The position numbers and the translations under genes were made by a program. DNA of 64,000 bases, from assembly GCA_965222075.1 (NCBI GenBank), contig OZ244937.1, positions 736,001-800,000 on the forward strand, given 5' to 3'. This document shows positions 40,645 to 51,729 of the stretch, piece by piece (the stretch's first letter is position 1; every line of letters begins with the position of its first letter). Below the pieces are notes generated by a model. It did no database searches. It had not been told where the DNA came from and was given only the letters and a program-made list of their open reading frames with translations. The DNA is from Candidatus Latescibacterota bacterium. Its GTDB lineage: Bacteria > Latescibacterota > UBA2968 > GCA-2709665.

Positions 40645-42604
40645 ATGAAACCCATGAATCATGAAAACAACCGTGTGCTGATCGTGGATGATCAGGCTGA
40701 GATCCACGAGGACTTCGTGGAGATGTTGAAGCCGATTATTGCCGGGCCGTCGACAAATGACCTGGCGGCGGCCTTCGTGAGCGAGGAAGAAGAGTTCTTT
40801 CTCCCGGAGTTCGAGTTGCTGCACGCGAGCAACGGGGAGGAAGCATACGACATCATCCAGGCGGGAAAGGAATCGAACCACCCCGTCGCCGCGGCCTATA
40901 TCGATATCAGAATGCCTCCGGGCATCGATGGTATCGAGACGATCCGCCGGGTGAGAAAGATCGATCGCGACATCGAGATTGTCATCATGACGGCGTACAC
41001 AGACAGGTCGCTGCCCGAGATCATCCACAACATGGAGTTGCTGCACAAGCTGCTCTATATCAGGAAACCTTTCACGCACGAGGAGATACAGCAGATCACC
41101 CTTTCCCTGGTGGGGAAGTGGAACATCGAGCGGGATCTGGCGGAAAAACGGCGGCAATTCGCTATCGGTCATCGAAGACTGGAAGCCGTGCTCAATGCCA
41201 CCGGAGATGCCATTGCGATGCACGACGTCTCCGGACGCCTGGTCTTCGCCAACCAGGTGTACGAGAAGCTGATGGGTCTGAAGGAGAGCGAACTTAAGAA
41301 AGCGTCGGCGCGGGATCTGAAGGCGCGCCTGGAAGCGCGGTTCCGGGAACCCGATCTCGGCGACCTGGAGGGAAGGTTTCTCCTCGACGGCGGCAACGTG
41401 GTGGAGACGACCGGCGCCGGGAAGGTGCCGGAGCAGCGGCTGTTCTACCGCTCCACCGCGCCGGTGCGCGACGGGCGCGGAGAGACGATCGGCGGCCTCG
41501 TCGTGTACCGGGACGTGTCCAAGGAGATCGAGGCCGAGCAGATGAAGGCCGAGGTGCTGCGTCTGCGCACCGAACTGGAGACGACCTACTCGCTTGCCGG
41601 CATGGTGGGCGCCAGCCCCGGAATGCAGCGGGTATACGCGCTGATGAAACAGGCCGCTGAAAGCGATATCACAGTGCTTATCCGGGGCGAAAGCGGCACC
41701 GGCAAGGAGTTGGTGGCCAAGTCGTTTCACTTCAACAGTTCGCGAAAGAAGGGGCCGTTCGTTGCCCTCGATTGCGCCGCCATCCCCGCAACGCTCATCG
41801 AAAGCGAGCTGTTCGGACATGAACGAGGGGCCTTCACGGGGGCGACGCAGCGGAGAATCGGAGCTTTCGAGCGCGCTGATGGGGGCACCATTCTTATCGA
41901 CGAGATCGGCGACCTGCCGTACGTCCTGCAGGGGAAGCTGTTGCGCGTCCTGCAGGAGCGGGAAGTCCAGCGGATCGGAGGAGCCGCCCCGATATCCGTA
42001 GACATCCGGGTGATAACGGCGACCAACAAAGACCTTGAGCGCGCCGTAAAGGAGGGCGAAATCCGCGAAGATCTGTTCTATCGGATCGCGGCCTTCCCCA
42101 TCCTGATTCCGCCGCTGAGAGAGCGGCGTGAGGATATTCCCCTGCTTGCCAGACACTTCCTGGAGAAATACGCCGAACGCGCCAACAAATCCGTAAACGG
42201 CATCTCCACCGCTACCCTGCGCCTGCTGCTCCAGTACGACTGGCCGGGAAACGTCCGGGAACTGGAGAACGCCATCGAGCGCGCCGTGCTGCTGGAGACG
42301 GACGCCGTGCTGCAGGCGGGCAGCCTGCCGCCCCAGTTGTCGCCGGTCCTCGCTTCCGCAACCGATCGTCCGGTGCCGCTGGCGGAGGTCGAGCGACAGG
42401 CCCTGCTGCGCGCCCTCGAAGCCACGGGGAACAACGTGAAGGAGGCCGCGGGCGCGCTGGGCATCAACCGATCGACCCTGCACCGGAAGTTGAAGAAGGC
42501 CCTGCTGCGCGCCCTCGAAGCCACGGGGAACAACGTGAAGGATGGGCATCAACCGATCGACCCTGCACCGGAAGTTGAAGAAATACAACCTCGGCCGGGT
42601 GTAG
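40645..42604 (+). CDS. Sigma54-dependent response regulator REC-PAS-AAA+-Fis HTH; a 3' duplication pushes the ORF to 43062
   Basis: [55 protein letters not shown]; original stop TAG at 42602-42604. Confidence 0.9.
42399..42582 (+). repeat. Tandem duplication 99 bp + 85 bp
   Basis: 42399-42497 is repeated at 42498-42582 without GGCCGCGGGCGCGC. Confidence 0.95.
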
Positions 42605-42627
42605 GGCGGTTCGCGAACCGCCCCTAC
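42601..42627. repeat. GTAG-type REP palindrome
   Basis: GTAGGGCGGTTCGCGAACCGCCCCTAC. Confidence 0.7.
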
Positions 42628-42662
42628 AACTCCAGTTTTTTTTACGTGAGCATGAAACAGGG

Positions 42663-43604
42663 TCATGCTCCGATTGATGCAACTCGTATACCGTCAAGCT
42701 CATCAGCACTGAAGACCCTGGCCTTGAACAGGTTCATGTATTCTTGCGAGACGCTCTGCCCGAAGACCATAAGATCGTCTGTGTTGATAGTTACCTCAAC
42801 ACCGTGGTCGAACAACACGCGGATGGGGTGGGTCTTGAGACTGGTCGTCGCGCCCAGCATGACGTTGCTCGTTGGGCAGATGTGCAGCCGAATTCTGTTT
42901 TCTGCCAACCACTCCATAACGTCGGTAGATTCCGCGGCCGCAATACCGTGTTGTATTTCCGCCAACCCAAGCACGTCAGCAGTTTCCCTCACCCGTTCCG
43001 CTCCTGTAAATTCACCCACGTGTGCCTTCAATTTCATCCCGGCTGATTGCGCGCGCGCGTAGAGCGCAGTCACAGAGTCGAGCGCACGCGCGTCCTCATC
43101 CCCGTAAAGGTCGATGGACACGAACAGGCCGGAGTCAATTCCCTCGCGGGCCCTATCCTCGATCTCCGTGGTACCGATGGTTTCTCGTGCGATCCCCAGT
43201 TCCGGCCTCAGATCAATCTGATCGCGATGGCGCTCTACCAGTTTCCGGATGAATGAAGTAAAACCGGCGAAGCCGGCTTTGAAGTGGCCAGCCGAGCGCA
43301 CATCAAAGCTCATCTCCAGTCGCCGGACGCCATCTCGTGTTGCATCGGCCACAGCTGCCTCGGCTGTGAATTTAAAACCAGCCAGCGAGTTGACGTAGGG
43401 GTCTATGGCCCTGGAGGCGTAGTCCAGCATTCCTCGCAGCCCTCGCATTGGGGTGATCGGTCTATCCAGCGAGTGCCCCAGCCAATGCTCAACGTTCTCG
43501 ATCCGCGTACCGAAGTACGCATGACAGTGGTAGTCAGCCTTCGGTGCACGCCGTATTGACGACAGGTCCCCTGCCTCAAGGGCCTGAGCAAACGGAACAG
43601 TCAT
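42663..43604 (-). CDS. Adenosine/adenine deaminase-family protein
   Basis: [25 protein letters not shown]. Confidence 0.88.
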   Translation of the reverse strand: MTVPFAQALEAGDLSSIRRAPKADYHCHAYFGTRIENVEHWLGHSLDRPITPMRGLRGMLDYASRAIDPYVNSLAGFKFTAEAAVADATRDGVRRLEMSFDVRSAGHFKAGFAGFTSFIRKLVERHRDQIDLRPELGIARETIGTTEIEDRAREGIDSGLFVSIDLYGDEDARALDSVTALYARAQSAGMKLKAHVGEFTGAERVRETADVLGLAEIQHGIAAAESTDVMEWLAENRIRLHICPTSNVMLGATTSLKTHPIRVLFDHGVEVTINTDDLMVFGQSVSQEYMNLFKARVFSADELDGIRVASIGA

Positions 43605-43632
43605 GTTTTTACGCTTGTTGGACCCCTGCCGC

Positions 43633-45714
43633 TCATTGAGCGTTCTCCAGTATTGTGACATAGGCGTCGTATAAATTCTGAATGTTCTCGACATAGTGTA
43701 CGGGCTGGCCGCCACGGCAGAAGCCGTATCGCGCCCGCTTGTAGTAAGCCGGTTGGGAAAGCAGGCGCATCGCCTCTTCCACCTGGCCGAACCAGCGGTC
43801 GGGATCCCATCCCTTTTCCCGCGCCAATCGGCGGGCGTCGAGCAGATGGCCGTAGCCGACGTTGTAGGATGCCAGGGCAAAGCGAATCCGCACTTCCGTG
43901 GGGATCTCGAGATCGAAGCGGTCGATAAGCTGATACATGTACTTTGTACCCGCGTGGATGCTCACCTCCGGATCCTGCAGGTTGGTGAATCCCAACTGGC
44001 GCCCCGTGTCTGACATAACCTGCATCAATCCCTGGGCCCCGACCCAGCTGACGGCCTCGGGATCGAATCTCGATTCCTGGTACATCTGCGCGGTAATCAG
44101 GCGCCAGTCCTGGCTGTACCGCAGGGCGTACTTTTTCGCCAGTTCGTCGTAGGGCGACAACCGCCCGCTCAAATCGACCCGCGTTGAATCCTTGGCCCTG
44201 GCAATACCGCGACTGTTCTGGAAATATCTCTTTTTCATCATGTTGAAAAACAGACCGCCTTTTTCCCGCTTTATGTACTGGTTGAGCGATGCCAGCAAGG
44301 CCGGATTCTCCTTGCGCCCAGCCCAGCCCAGCACCGTCGACTTGATGCTGAAGGCGGCCTTGAGCCGGCGGCCATAGGCGCGTTCCACGTCCAGCAGGTT
44401 GGAATCGGACAAGGTGACGTCATAGAGGCCCGACTCGACCCCGGCGAGGATATCCTCGGTCTCTACGTTCTCAGGCAGCAGTACGATCTCGAGGCCTTCC
44501 AGGGAATCCTGCAATGCCGTCAGTGTCGTATAAAACGAAGAGCTGGCGCGCACGTGGACGGTCCGCCCGGCCAGGTCGCGCAGGCCGGTAATCGAATTTT
44601 CATCCGCACGTACCACAACCAGTTCTTCCACCTCGTTATAGGGCCTGGTAAAGGCCGCCCGAACCTGCCTTTCAGGCGTTATGGTCATGGCCGCGGCGAC
44701 GATGTCCCCCTTGCCTTCGTTCAAATGCGACAGCAGTTCGGCGTGGGTGTCCGGGATGACGATTTCAAGACGCAGGCCGTGCTCGGAGGCGAACTTTTTC
44801 ATCAGCTCGTACTCGAACCCCACCTGCAGGCCCCGGTGAATGAAATAGGTCATCGCGTTGTTGCGCGTGATCATGCGCAAGCGGCCGCGTTCGATCAGCC
44901 CGGGCAGGTCGTCGGTGAATTCCTGCTGGCGCTGGCGCGTAAACTGACGGGCGAGAAGAAATTCATCCACCTTCGTCTTGAGCCGGGTATCGCCGGGCCG
45001 CATCATCAGGGCGATCGGACGGTCCCTGGCCAGCACCAGCGGCGTCGCCAAACCGTCGTAATAGCCGGACAGGGCCTGCCACAGGTGCGCGTCGGATACG
45101 GTGGCCTCGTATTGGCCGTTAGAGACTCCTTCCAGCAATTTCTCGAGGTTGAGCGTTTCCGGTACGGTGTGGATGCGCAAAGACGGCACCTGTTGCTGAA
45201 GCTCGACCAGGGTCTGGTAGTACGAGCTTGACCGCCGCACGCTGATCTCCATGCCGGCCAGGTCGGCGACCGTCTCGGGCTGATCGCCGCCCGACCTTGT
45301 GATCAGGTATTCGTCGACGTAGAGATAGGGGACTGAAAACGCCGCCTGCTTTTCGCGATCGGGCGTGATGGTCAGGCTGGCCGCGACCAGGTCGCCCTCG
45401 CCTTCCAGCAGCTTCCCCATCATCCGGGAAAAGTCCCCGACCTCGACAAGCACAAGGTTCAGCTTGAACGCCTCGGCAAGGTCGTGGGCGATATCGTAGT
45501 CGAGCGTCACCTGCTCCCCGTGCCGGGGCATATAGGAGATCGGCTCCAGGGGGACGATCACCCGCAGTGCGCCGCGTGACCGCAAGTGGGGAAGATCGCC
45601 GGTATATATGAGCGGCAGCGGAGGCGGAGGGGTCTGCCCGGGTTCGCTGCATTGCACCAGGACGCACAGGGCGGTCAGCCCTGCAGGAAGAAGCACGCTG
45701 ATTCGTGACAACAC
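43633..45714 (-). CDS. mltF: MltF-like lytic transglycosylase with two SBP_bac_3 domains
   Basis: Two DL..L..RG.LR SBP units; YQESRF, GAQGLMQV, LASYNVG. Confidence 0.85.
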   Translation of the reverse strand: MLSRISVLLPAGLTALCVLVQCSEPGQTPPPPLPLIYTGDLPHLRSRGALRVIVPLEPISYMPRHGEQVTLDYDIAHDLAEAFKLNLVLVEVGDFSRMMGKLLEGEGDLVAASLTITPDREKQAAFSVPYLYVDEYLITRSGGDQPETVADLAGMEISVRRSSSYYQTLVELQQQVPSLRIHTVPETLNLEKLLEGVSNGQYEATVSDAHLWQALSGYYDGLATPLVLARDRPIALMMRPGDTRLKTKVDEFLLARQFTRQRQQEFTDDLPGLIERGRLRMITRNNAMTYFIHRGLQVGFEYELMKKFASEHGLRLEIVIPDTHAELLSHLNEGKGDIVAAAMTITPERQVRAAFTRPYNEVEELVVVRADENSITGLRDLAGRTVHVRASSSFYTTLTALQDSLEGLEIVLLPENVETEDILAGVESGLYDVTLSDSNLLDVERAYGRRLKAAFSIKSTVLGWAGRKENPALLASLNQYIKREKGGLFFNMMKKRYFQNSRGIARAKDSTRVDLSGRLSPYDELAKKYALRYSQDWRLITAQMYQESRFDPEAVSWVGAQGLMQVMSDTGRQLGFTNLQDPEVSIHAGTKYMYQLIDRFDLEIPTEVRIRFALASYNVGYGHLLDARRLAREKGWDPDRWFGQVEEAMRLLSQPAYYKRARYGFCRGGQPVHYVENIQNLYDAYVTILENAQ

Positions 45715-45871
45715 AGGTATCTCCTCCGAATTTTTCCAGTTGCCCTTGCTCGATCTTTAACTCGGAAGTGGCTTGGTGCCAGGCCGAAATCTCGCAAAGG
45801 AGAGGTACATTTCTGAGTCGAAGGGAGGGACGGCTCCTCCAAAATCAAAATCGCTTGACATGAGTTCTACG

Positions 45872-46231
45872 TTAGGGTTCCAACCCATGGATCTCGTCCG
45901 GTTCAGGCATGGACGTGAATTGAACTGCTTTTATGGTCTTGTGTCCTTCAAGTATCGCTTTGCACAGGCGGTGACCGCCATCCATGAGCGAGCCATCGGC
46001 ATTTAGAATGATGGGCTTTTCCAGGGAAGCGTTGTTAATTCTCCGACAATGTTGCGCGATCTTTCTGAGCGTAGGTTTTTTTTCCGGACCGAACCAACAG
46101 TCTTCGTCCAGCTCTTTGACCGACGATACCTCGATTTCAAATGGAGAAAGACCGTGGGACTGAATCCAGAGCTTTTCGGTGTACCACACGAGCCGTTTGC
46201 CATGGCGTATCGTACTGTGTTTCTGTGGCAC
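45872..46231 (-). CDS. Small ParB/Srx-like protein
   Basis: PIIL..DGSLMDGGHRL.KA motif; GTG start with SD AAGGAGG. Confidence 0.65.
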   Translation of the reverse strand: MPQKHSTIRHGKRLVWYTEKLWIQSHGLSPFEIEVSSVKELDEDCWFGPEKKPTLRKIAQHCRRINNASLEKPIILNADGSLMDGGHRLCKAILEGHKTIKAVQFTSMPEPDEIHGLEP

Positions 46232-46378
46232 GAATCCTCCTTTGGGTCCAGCGTAGAATTCCGAAACATCTATGGGGAAGAAGTACGATGGTCCGGAGCC
46301 GTGGATGCTCGTGTTATATCCAGTTGTGCCTATCCGTGTCCCTGAATTGAAGCTCGGACCATGAGTACTTCAGGAACA

Positions 46379-46882
46379 TCACAGTCCATCGGCAAAGGAG
46401 ATCGTTTTCTTCAGCGTGTACCGGACCTCTTCATAGCCGTCGTGCCACTCGATTTTCCCTCTTTTCCAACCGAGATACTCGTAGAAACCCTCCGCTCGGG
46501 TGTTCGTCCCCGTCGTAAGCCAAATCTCCTCTACTTCATTTTGCCATAGCCAGTCAACCGCTACCTCCAATAGCCTTCGCCCTATCCGGCGACCTTCGTA
46601 TGCTGGAAGAACGAATAGGGCCCAGATGGACCTGGAATCGGAGTTGGCGATACAGAATCCAACGAGACGATCACCAACGTCCGCCACCCAGCACTTGCCG
46701 CAGGTTTGCAGCAAAGCCGCGATGCTCTCAGGAGTTATTCTCGACTCCTTCAGTTCCTCCTCCGTCATCGCATTCTCTATGGTAGCCGTCCGAATGTCAA
46801 AGATCACTGGAATGTCGACTGCGTTGGCTTCACGAATCTGAACCGGATTTCTGCTCAAATCAAACGCTCTTTCGGTAGTCAA
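46379..46882 (-). CDS. GNAT acetyltransferase
   Basis: LFVLPAYEGRRIGRRLL, AEGFYEYLGW. Confidence 0.85.
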   Translation of the reverse strand: MTTERAFDLSRNPVQIREANAVDIPVIFDIRTATIENAMTEEELKESRITPESIAALLQTCGKCWVADVGDRLVGFCIANSDSRSIWALFVLPAYEGRRIGRRLLEVAVDWLWQNEVEEIWLTTGTNTRAEGFYEYLGWKRGKIEWHDGYEEVRYTLKKTISFADGL

Positions 46883-47001
46883 GATCTACGATCCAAGCCC
46901 GGCGGGCCGATCAAATACGAACTGTTGCTGGTCCCTCCGAGCGATTTCTCGTTATGAGCTGATTGTTCGCGGTGGTGGTTTCACCCGGGAGGTCAAACCC
47001 C

Positions 47002-47054
47002 GCCTGCCTGTCGAGCAGAACTCGGCGCAGGCAGGCCACCCGCTCTGCGGGTGG
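47002..47054. repeat. Two adjacent hairpins (REP-like or terminator)
   Basis: GCCTGCCTG..CAGGCAGGC and CCACCCGC-TCT-GCGGGTGG. Confidence 0.5.
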
Positions 47055-47057
47055 TCA

Positions 47058-47603
47058 TTAATTCAGGAGAATAGTGCCAGGAACTCGAAGGATCTCGGCC
47101 CCTGTGAATCTGTCTTCATCGAATATTAGCCGTACTCCTTCGCAATAGTTGCAGGATGGCCCCCAGGCTTCATATTCAGCATTGGGTACACAGCCAACCG
47201 CACTTGCCTCAACGATGCCTCCATGAGAGATAATCAGTGCGCGTCCACCTTCCTGCAACGACTGAGCAATCTTGAAGTGGAAGTCGGCCAACTTGCTGGC
47301 GAAATTTGCCGTCACGCTCTTCGGATTCTCCCGGACGTAGCAAGAGAATCGCTCAAAGCCTTCGTCGAAGGAAACCTCAATGTTCTCCGGCATAGACGAG
47401 AGCAGCTCGATCTGACGGTCAACTGCAAAACCCATCGCTACGCTTGTTTCGAACGCACGAGGCACCGTGCTTGTCAAGACCTGGTCGAAAGGACCCACTT
47501 TTTCCCCAACTCGACGGGCAAGATCAACTCCGGCTTGGGAAAGATGCTGCCCGGGCTTCGTTCTCATTGAATGTCGTCGATGTTCAATGTATCTCAGGTT
47601 CAT
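47058..47603 (-). CDS. Histidine phosphatase (phosphoglycerate mutase) family protein
   Basis: RRHS, TS...RAFET, ISHGG. Confidence 0.8.
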   Translation of the reverse strand: MNLRYIEHRRHSMRTKPGQHLSQAGVDLARRVGEKVGPFDQVLTSTVPRAFETSVAMGFAVDRQIELLSSMPENIEVSFDEGFERFSCYVRENPKSVTANFASKLADFHFKIAQSLQEGGRALIISHGGIVEASAVGCVPNAEYEAWGPSCNYCEGVRLIFDEDRFTGAEILRVPGTILLN

Positions 47604-47905
47604 TCACGTTGTCTCGGCAAACCTGTGAAGCGGCGCGAGTTGATATAGCCTGAGCCGAAGCCTCGATGTTCGGGCGTGGGTCCAAATGGCATGGCCGGTA
47701 GAACCAGAGCACGAACGCCGTGACTGCGTGCCACGTACTGTGCAGCCTCCAGGGCAACGGCTTCCGCAAACCATGTGTCGAAGTCCACTGGCAAATGTGG
47801 GCCTTGCTGCTCCGTGCATCCTGTGGGTACGATCGCCAAACACCCTGTGCCAATAAGGGTTTTTATCTCTAAATATGTATAATCACTGAATTTATGGGAT
47901 TTCAT
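47600..47905 (-). pseudogene. Creatininase-family N-terminal fragment (101 aa)
   Basis: VPTGCTEQQGPHLPVDFD, FG.TPEH.GF; ends before the NGHGGN region. Confidence 0.7.
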
Positions 47906-47966
47906 TTTGACATGTTTCAGGTAGTACCTCCGGTATCAGGTGTCGGCACGAGCCAGTATTTCACAT

Positions 47967-49766
47967 CTATTTGACCTTCAGGTGCAGATTTATGTTTCGT
48001 CCTTGCCAGGGTTCGGCCTGATTGTTCGGCGAGAATGATCCAGTGAACGAATTCACGCGAGATGCTATCTGCCCCGCCAGGTCACGCAGTGCTCTGTTCA
48101 TCATATCCGTTGGGTTCTCCAGATCTCTCCTGGCCGTGAATCGAGAATCACTCTGGCTGATGAAATGGAACTTGCCTTTGACTCTAATAGCAAGTCGTTT
48201 ATAATCTCCGTAATAAGACGCATACTCGACCTTGTCGTTGATCCGGCTACTCAGGGTCTCCGAAACAAGAACATCGCCAGTAGAAGTATCCAGTACGCGG
48301 AAGTTTGCCTCGCAATTCGCATTGGCTGATTGGGTCACAATATGGTAGGTCCGCTGACCCAGTGACATTAACAGGTTATCCCCTACCTGCGTTACCTCTT
48401 CCGCAGTCATACCGACCCGGTTCGGGCTGGTCCGGGATGAAGACGCTGTCAGGAGATCACACAGCACGGCCAGCCTTATATCGGAAGACTTGGCCGCGTT
48501 CAGCGTAGCCATTGGATCAACGAGGCTGATGCTGACTCCCTGACTTTGGAAGAGACGGTTAAGCGTGGCCTGGTCCACATAGTCAACGAACTTCGACTTG
48601 CCTTTTGTCAAAGAGGACATCAGGGATTGCTGAAACAGCCCAATGTTTGCACCGAAGACCGAAGTTTTTACAGGGTAAACAGCAACTCGATACCTCGCCT
48701 TTTCGTATGCCTCTTGCTGCTTGACCGACGAATCCTTGTATCCAGGCACCATGATCATAGCGGATTCAAAGCTGTCGTAGGCCTCTCGATATAGCCCTTG
48801 GCCGAACTGAGCTACGCCCAACCGATAATGCCCTTCCGCAATTAACGCCTGCGCCTCCGAATCTCCGGGAATGTATTCTACATACTTACGCAATTCCCTG
48901 ATGGCGTCGCCGTACGAACCGTTTTCAAATGCGCGCTTTCCCTTCTCCAGATGTTGAGAGGCAGTCTTTTCCATTTGTCCGGGTACGAGCAAAGGAGCGA
49001 TTGCCGGAACAGACACAAGACTGGCGCCGCCAACGAGTCTCGCATCGCTGCGGCCAGTCACAACATTGGGCACCATCCCCCCTTCGGCCTCTGAGAAGCG
49101 CCAGTAGCCAACAAGCCCCTCCTCAGCCCCTGTCAGAGTCCTGTTCATTCTCTGTGTAATCTCATTCCGAGAAAGAGGCCGCGACCATACTCTGAACTCA
49201 GATATTGAGCCGTCAAGCATCTTATCCTCAGGCCAGTTGGATTTGCCAATCAGGTTGTTTCCACCTGCGCTTTCGGAAAGTGAACCATAATAACTTTCGT
49301 CGCCAACAAGATTCCCGTTCACATAGAGTTGCATACCACCATAGCCCGACACTGCGGCTATGTGATACCACGCGCCAGTACTCACGACTTTCCTGGCCTT
49401 GATGCCTCGCTGTTTCCCGCCACGATCCCAGATCCGGAAGTTCAGGCCGTTACTCGTCTTCTCCGTCTGCACGACTGTGGCGTTGCCCTCCCTTCCGAAA
49501 TCAAATACACGCGCCCACTTGTTGAATCTGTTCCACTTTATCCAGGCTTCCACAGTTGCACTTTCCAGGCGGTCGAAGGCCCCCCCGGGTAACTCCACAT
49601 AGCCGGATTTTCCATCAAGCTGCAGTACCATCATTTCGTCAGCCAAACCCTGTGAATAGAGGCAAGTGACAACAACAACCCCAATGCCCAGCCTCACCAG
49701 CAAGCCACTGGACCGGCTGTTTCGACGTATGACTATAGAACTGATCCATGTTGACTTTGACAACAT
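47967..49766 (-). CDS. Secreted LamG + TPR + CsgG/HfaB-like protein
   Basis: TVEAWIK..WYHIAA..LYVNG..G.ISEFRVW..GLVGYW; two or three TPRs; C-terminal RVAV...RVLDTSTG. Confidence 0.7.
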   Translation of the reverse strand: MLSKSTWISSIVIRRNSRSSGLLVRLGIGVVVVTCLYSQGLADEMMVLQLDGKSGYVELPGGAFDRLESATVEAWIKWNRFNKWARVFDFGREGNATVVQTEKTSNGLNFRIWDRGGKQRGIKARKVVSTGAWYHIAAVSGYGGMQLYVNGNLVGDESYYGSLSESAGGNNLIGKSNWPEDKMLDGSISEFRVWSRPLSRNEITQRMNRTLTGAEEGLVGYWRFSEAEGGMVPNVVTGRSDARLVGGASLVSVPAIAPLLVPGQMEKTASQHLEKGKRAFENGSYGDAIRELRKYVEYIPGDSEAQALIAEGHYRLGVAQFGQGLYREAYDSFESAMIMVPGYKDSSVKQQEAYEKARYRVAVYPVKTSVFGANIGLFQQSLMSSLTKGKSKFVDYVDQATLNRLFQSQGVSISLVDPMATLNAAKSSDIRLAVLCDLLTASSSRTSPNRVGMTAEEVTQVGDNLLMSLGQRTYHIVTQSANANCEANFRVLDTSTGDVLVSETLSSRINDKVEYASYYGDYKRLAIRVKGKFHFISQSDSRFTARRDLENPTDMMNRALRDLAGQIASRVNSFTGSFSPNNQAEPWQGRNINLHLKVK

Positions 49767-50079
49767 CGCATTCCCCCTCTTGCGGACCGACAGTGCATTA
49801 AGGAAACAAGGGAATGTATACCCTTTCAATGGTTATTGCAATGACAATCTCGTCCCCGGGGTATGTTAAGGATCATGTGCTCCCCGTGCTCCCGTCGCCG
49901 CTTGTCAACGTTACACGAAATGAAAATTTACTTGACTGCGATCGCTATATGAAGCTATATTGCAGGTTGTACTGAAGATTTTGCAGTGTTTGGTGTGGTA
50001 CATCGTTGTGTATAATTGCGAGTTAGGTTCCAGATAGGAAAGTCAAGATGAACAACCTGAAAAGAGGAGGAGGCCCGGT

Positions 50080-51594
50080 ATGTTTAGCAGTATTCGCAGT
50101 GTGTTTGTGTTACTGCTTGCCGGAGGCGTAGTGTGGAGCTGCAGCGGTGAACGTGTGACGACGTCACCGGTAACGGATGCAGAGGAACAGATTGGACAGC
50201 CGCTGAGTAAACCGGCTGTAAACAGGGACTTGACACAGGCTTTGGTGGTGGCCAGGGTGCACCAGGATCAGGTGCCTGTGAGTGATGTAACCGTAGCGTT
50301 TTCGCGTTCTGTTTCAGGACGGGCAGCGAATTATGAGTGGTCTGCCACAACCGATGAGAATGGTGAGGCGAGGGTGGAGATTGGGGCGGACGATGTGGGT
50401 GGTTATTATCAGGCGCGCGCCTTGCAGGGTGGGAGCCTTCTGGGTTCGTGGTCGAGTATTCCGATTAACGGTGGGTATGAGTTGAGGGTTGATTTGCCCG
50501 TTGGTGGGAAGGCACGCGTGACGGGTTCATCCATTCTGACATCGGTTGGCGTCGTCTTGCCCCTGACCATTCAACTGGGCGGCCTGACGACGGAAAGCCC
50601 ACGCGGCCTGACGATAAAAAATGGCTTTGAGCTCGCTCTTGAAGAGGTCAACAGCTCATCGCAACTCGGCGGGGCAAGCATCAAGTTCGTTGTCGAGAAT
50701 TCTCAAGGCACCGCAGAGGGGGCGGTTGAAGCGTTCAATAAGCTGATTCACCAGGACGGCGTGTCTGCCATCCTCGGTCCCGCCATCTCAACCGCCGCCG
50801 TAGAGGCTTTCCCCATCGCGCAACAAAATCAGGTCGTGGCTTTTAGTTCGACCTCAAGCGCCCCTGGCCTGAGTGCGATTGGCGATTTTATTTTCCGCGC
50901 TGGTCTCACCGTAGATGTGCTTGTGCCCGGTAGCGTCAAGATAACTCAGGAGAAGCTGGGCTATCAGAGGGTGGCTATGATGGTCGATCAGCTTGATCTC
51001 TTTTCCAAGAGCAGCGACGAGGCGTTGAGGAGCGCGCTCGCTGAAAACGGCGTCGAGATTTTGGTTAGAGAGACTTTTGAAAGGGGCGATACCACCTTTT
51101 CCGAGCAGTTAAACCGGATAAAGGCGTTGCGTCCGGATGCCATTTTTATCTCAGCTTTACCACCAGACCAGCCTGAGATTCTGATCCAGGGCCGCCAGTT
51201 TGGTATTCCCTCGGATGTTCCCTTTATTGTTCCGTTAATGACCATAGACGAAATACAAGCTGCGGGTGTTGCCGCCGAAGGTGCAGTTACGTTTACGGGC
51301 TGGACCAGTATGGCTTCCACACCGGGAAATCAAACCTTCGTTGAGAATTATAGAGCGAAATACGGTATTGACCCGAACCCCTGGGCCGCGCAGTCGTATG
51401 CCGCTCTCCATATTCTTGCGGAGGCGATCGCGAATGCCCAATCAACGGAGGCGATCACGATTCGAGAGGCGATGGCGGGTATCAGAGATTTGGACACGAT
51501 TTTGGGCCAGTTCTCTTTTGACGCCGATGGGGACGCGGTTTACGACCCGATTGTACTGATCGTCCGGGATGGCAAATTCGAGGTTTTCGAGTGA
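50080..51594 (+). CDS. LivK-type solute-binding lipoprotein with N-terminal Ig-like module (copy A)
   Basis: Lipobox-like VWSC; GFELALEEVN, ILGPAIS, YAA, F..DGD. Confidence 0.85.
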   Translation: MFSSIRSVFVLLLAGGVVWSCSGERVTTSPVTDAEEQIGQPLSKPAVNRDLTQALVVARVHQDQVPVSDVTVAFSRSVSGRAANYEWSATTDENGEARVEIGADDVGGYYQARALQGGSLLGSWSSIPINGGYELRVDLPVGGKARVTGSSILTSVGVVLPLTIQLGGLTTESPRGLTIKNGFELALEEVNSSSQLGGASIKFVVENSQGTAEGAVEAFNKLIHQDGVSAILGPAISTAAVEAFPIAQQNQVVAFSSTSSAPGLSAIGDFIFRAGLTVDVLVPGSVKITQEKLGYQRVAMMVDQLDLFSKSSDEALRSALAENGVEILVRETFERGDTTFSEQLNRIKALRPDAIFISALPPDQPEILIQGRQFGIPSDVPFIVPLMTIDEIQAAGVAAEGAVTFTGWTSMASTPGNQTFVENYRAKYGIDPNPWAAQSYAALHILAEAIANAQSTEAITIREAMAGIRDLDTILGQFSFDADGDAVYDPIVLIVRDGKFEVFE

Positions 51595-51729
51595 GTGCGC
51601 ATTTCACATCTTTTGGAAGTTTATGCACCGGGAGATTATTTTTTCCGAAATGACAGGTAGGCTCAGGAAGCGATTGACTCGTTTTTCCGGGTAATTTCGC
51701 TGGTCATTTCCAAATTAAGGAGGCTCGCT

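Noticed and set aside
43605-43880. N-terminal extension of the deaminase ORF
   Set aside because: Overlaps the mltF 3' end out of frame; homology starts at MTVPF (43604)
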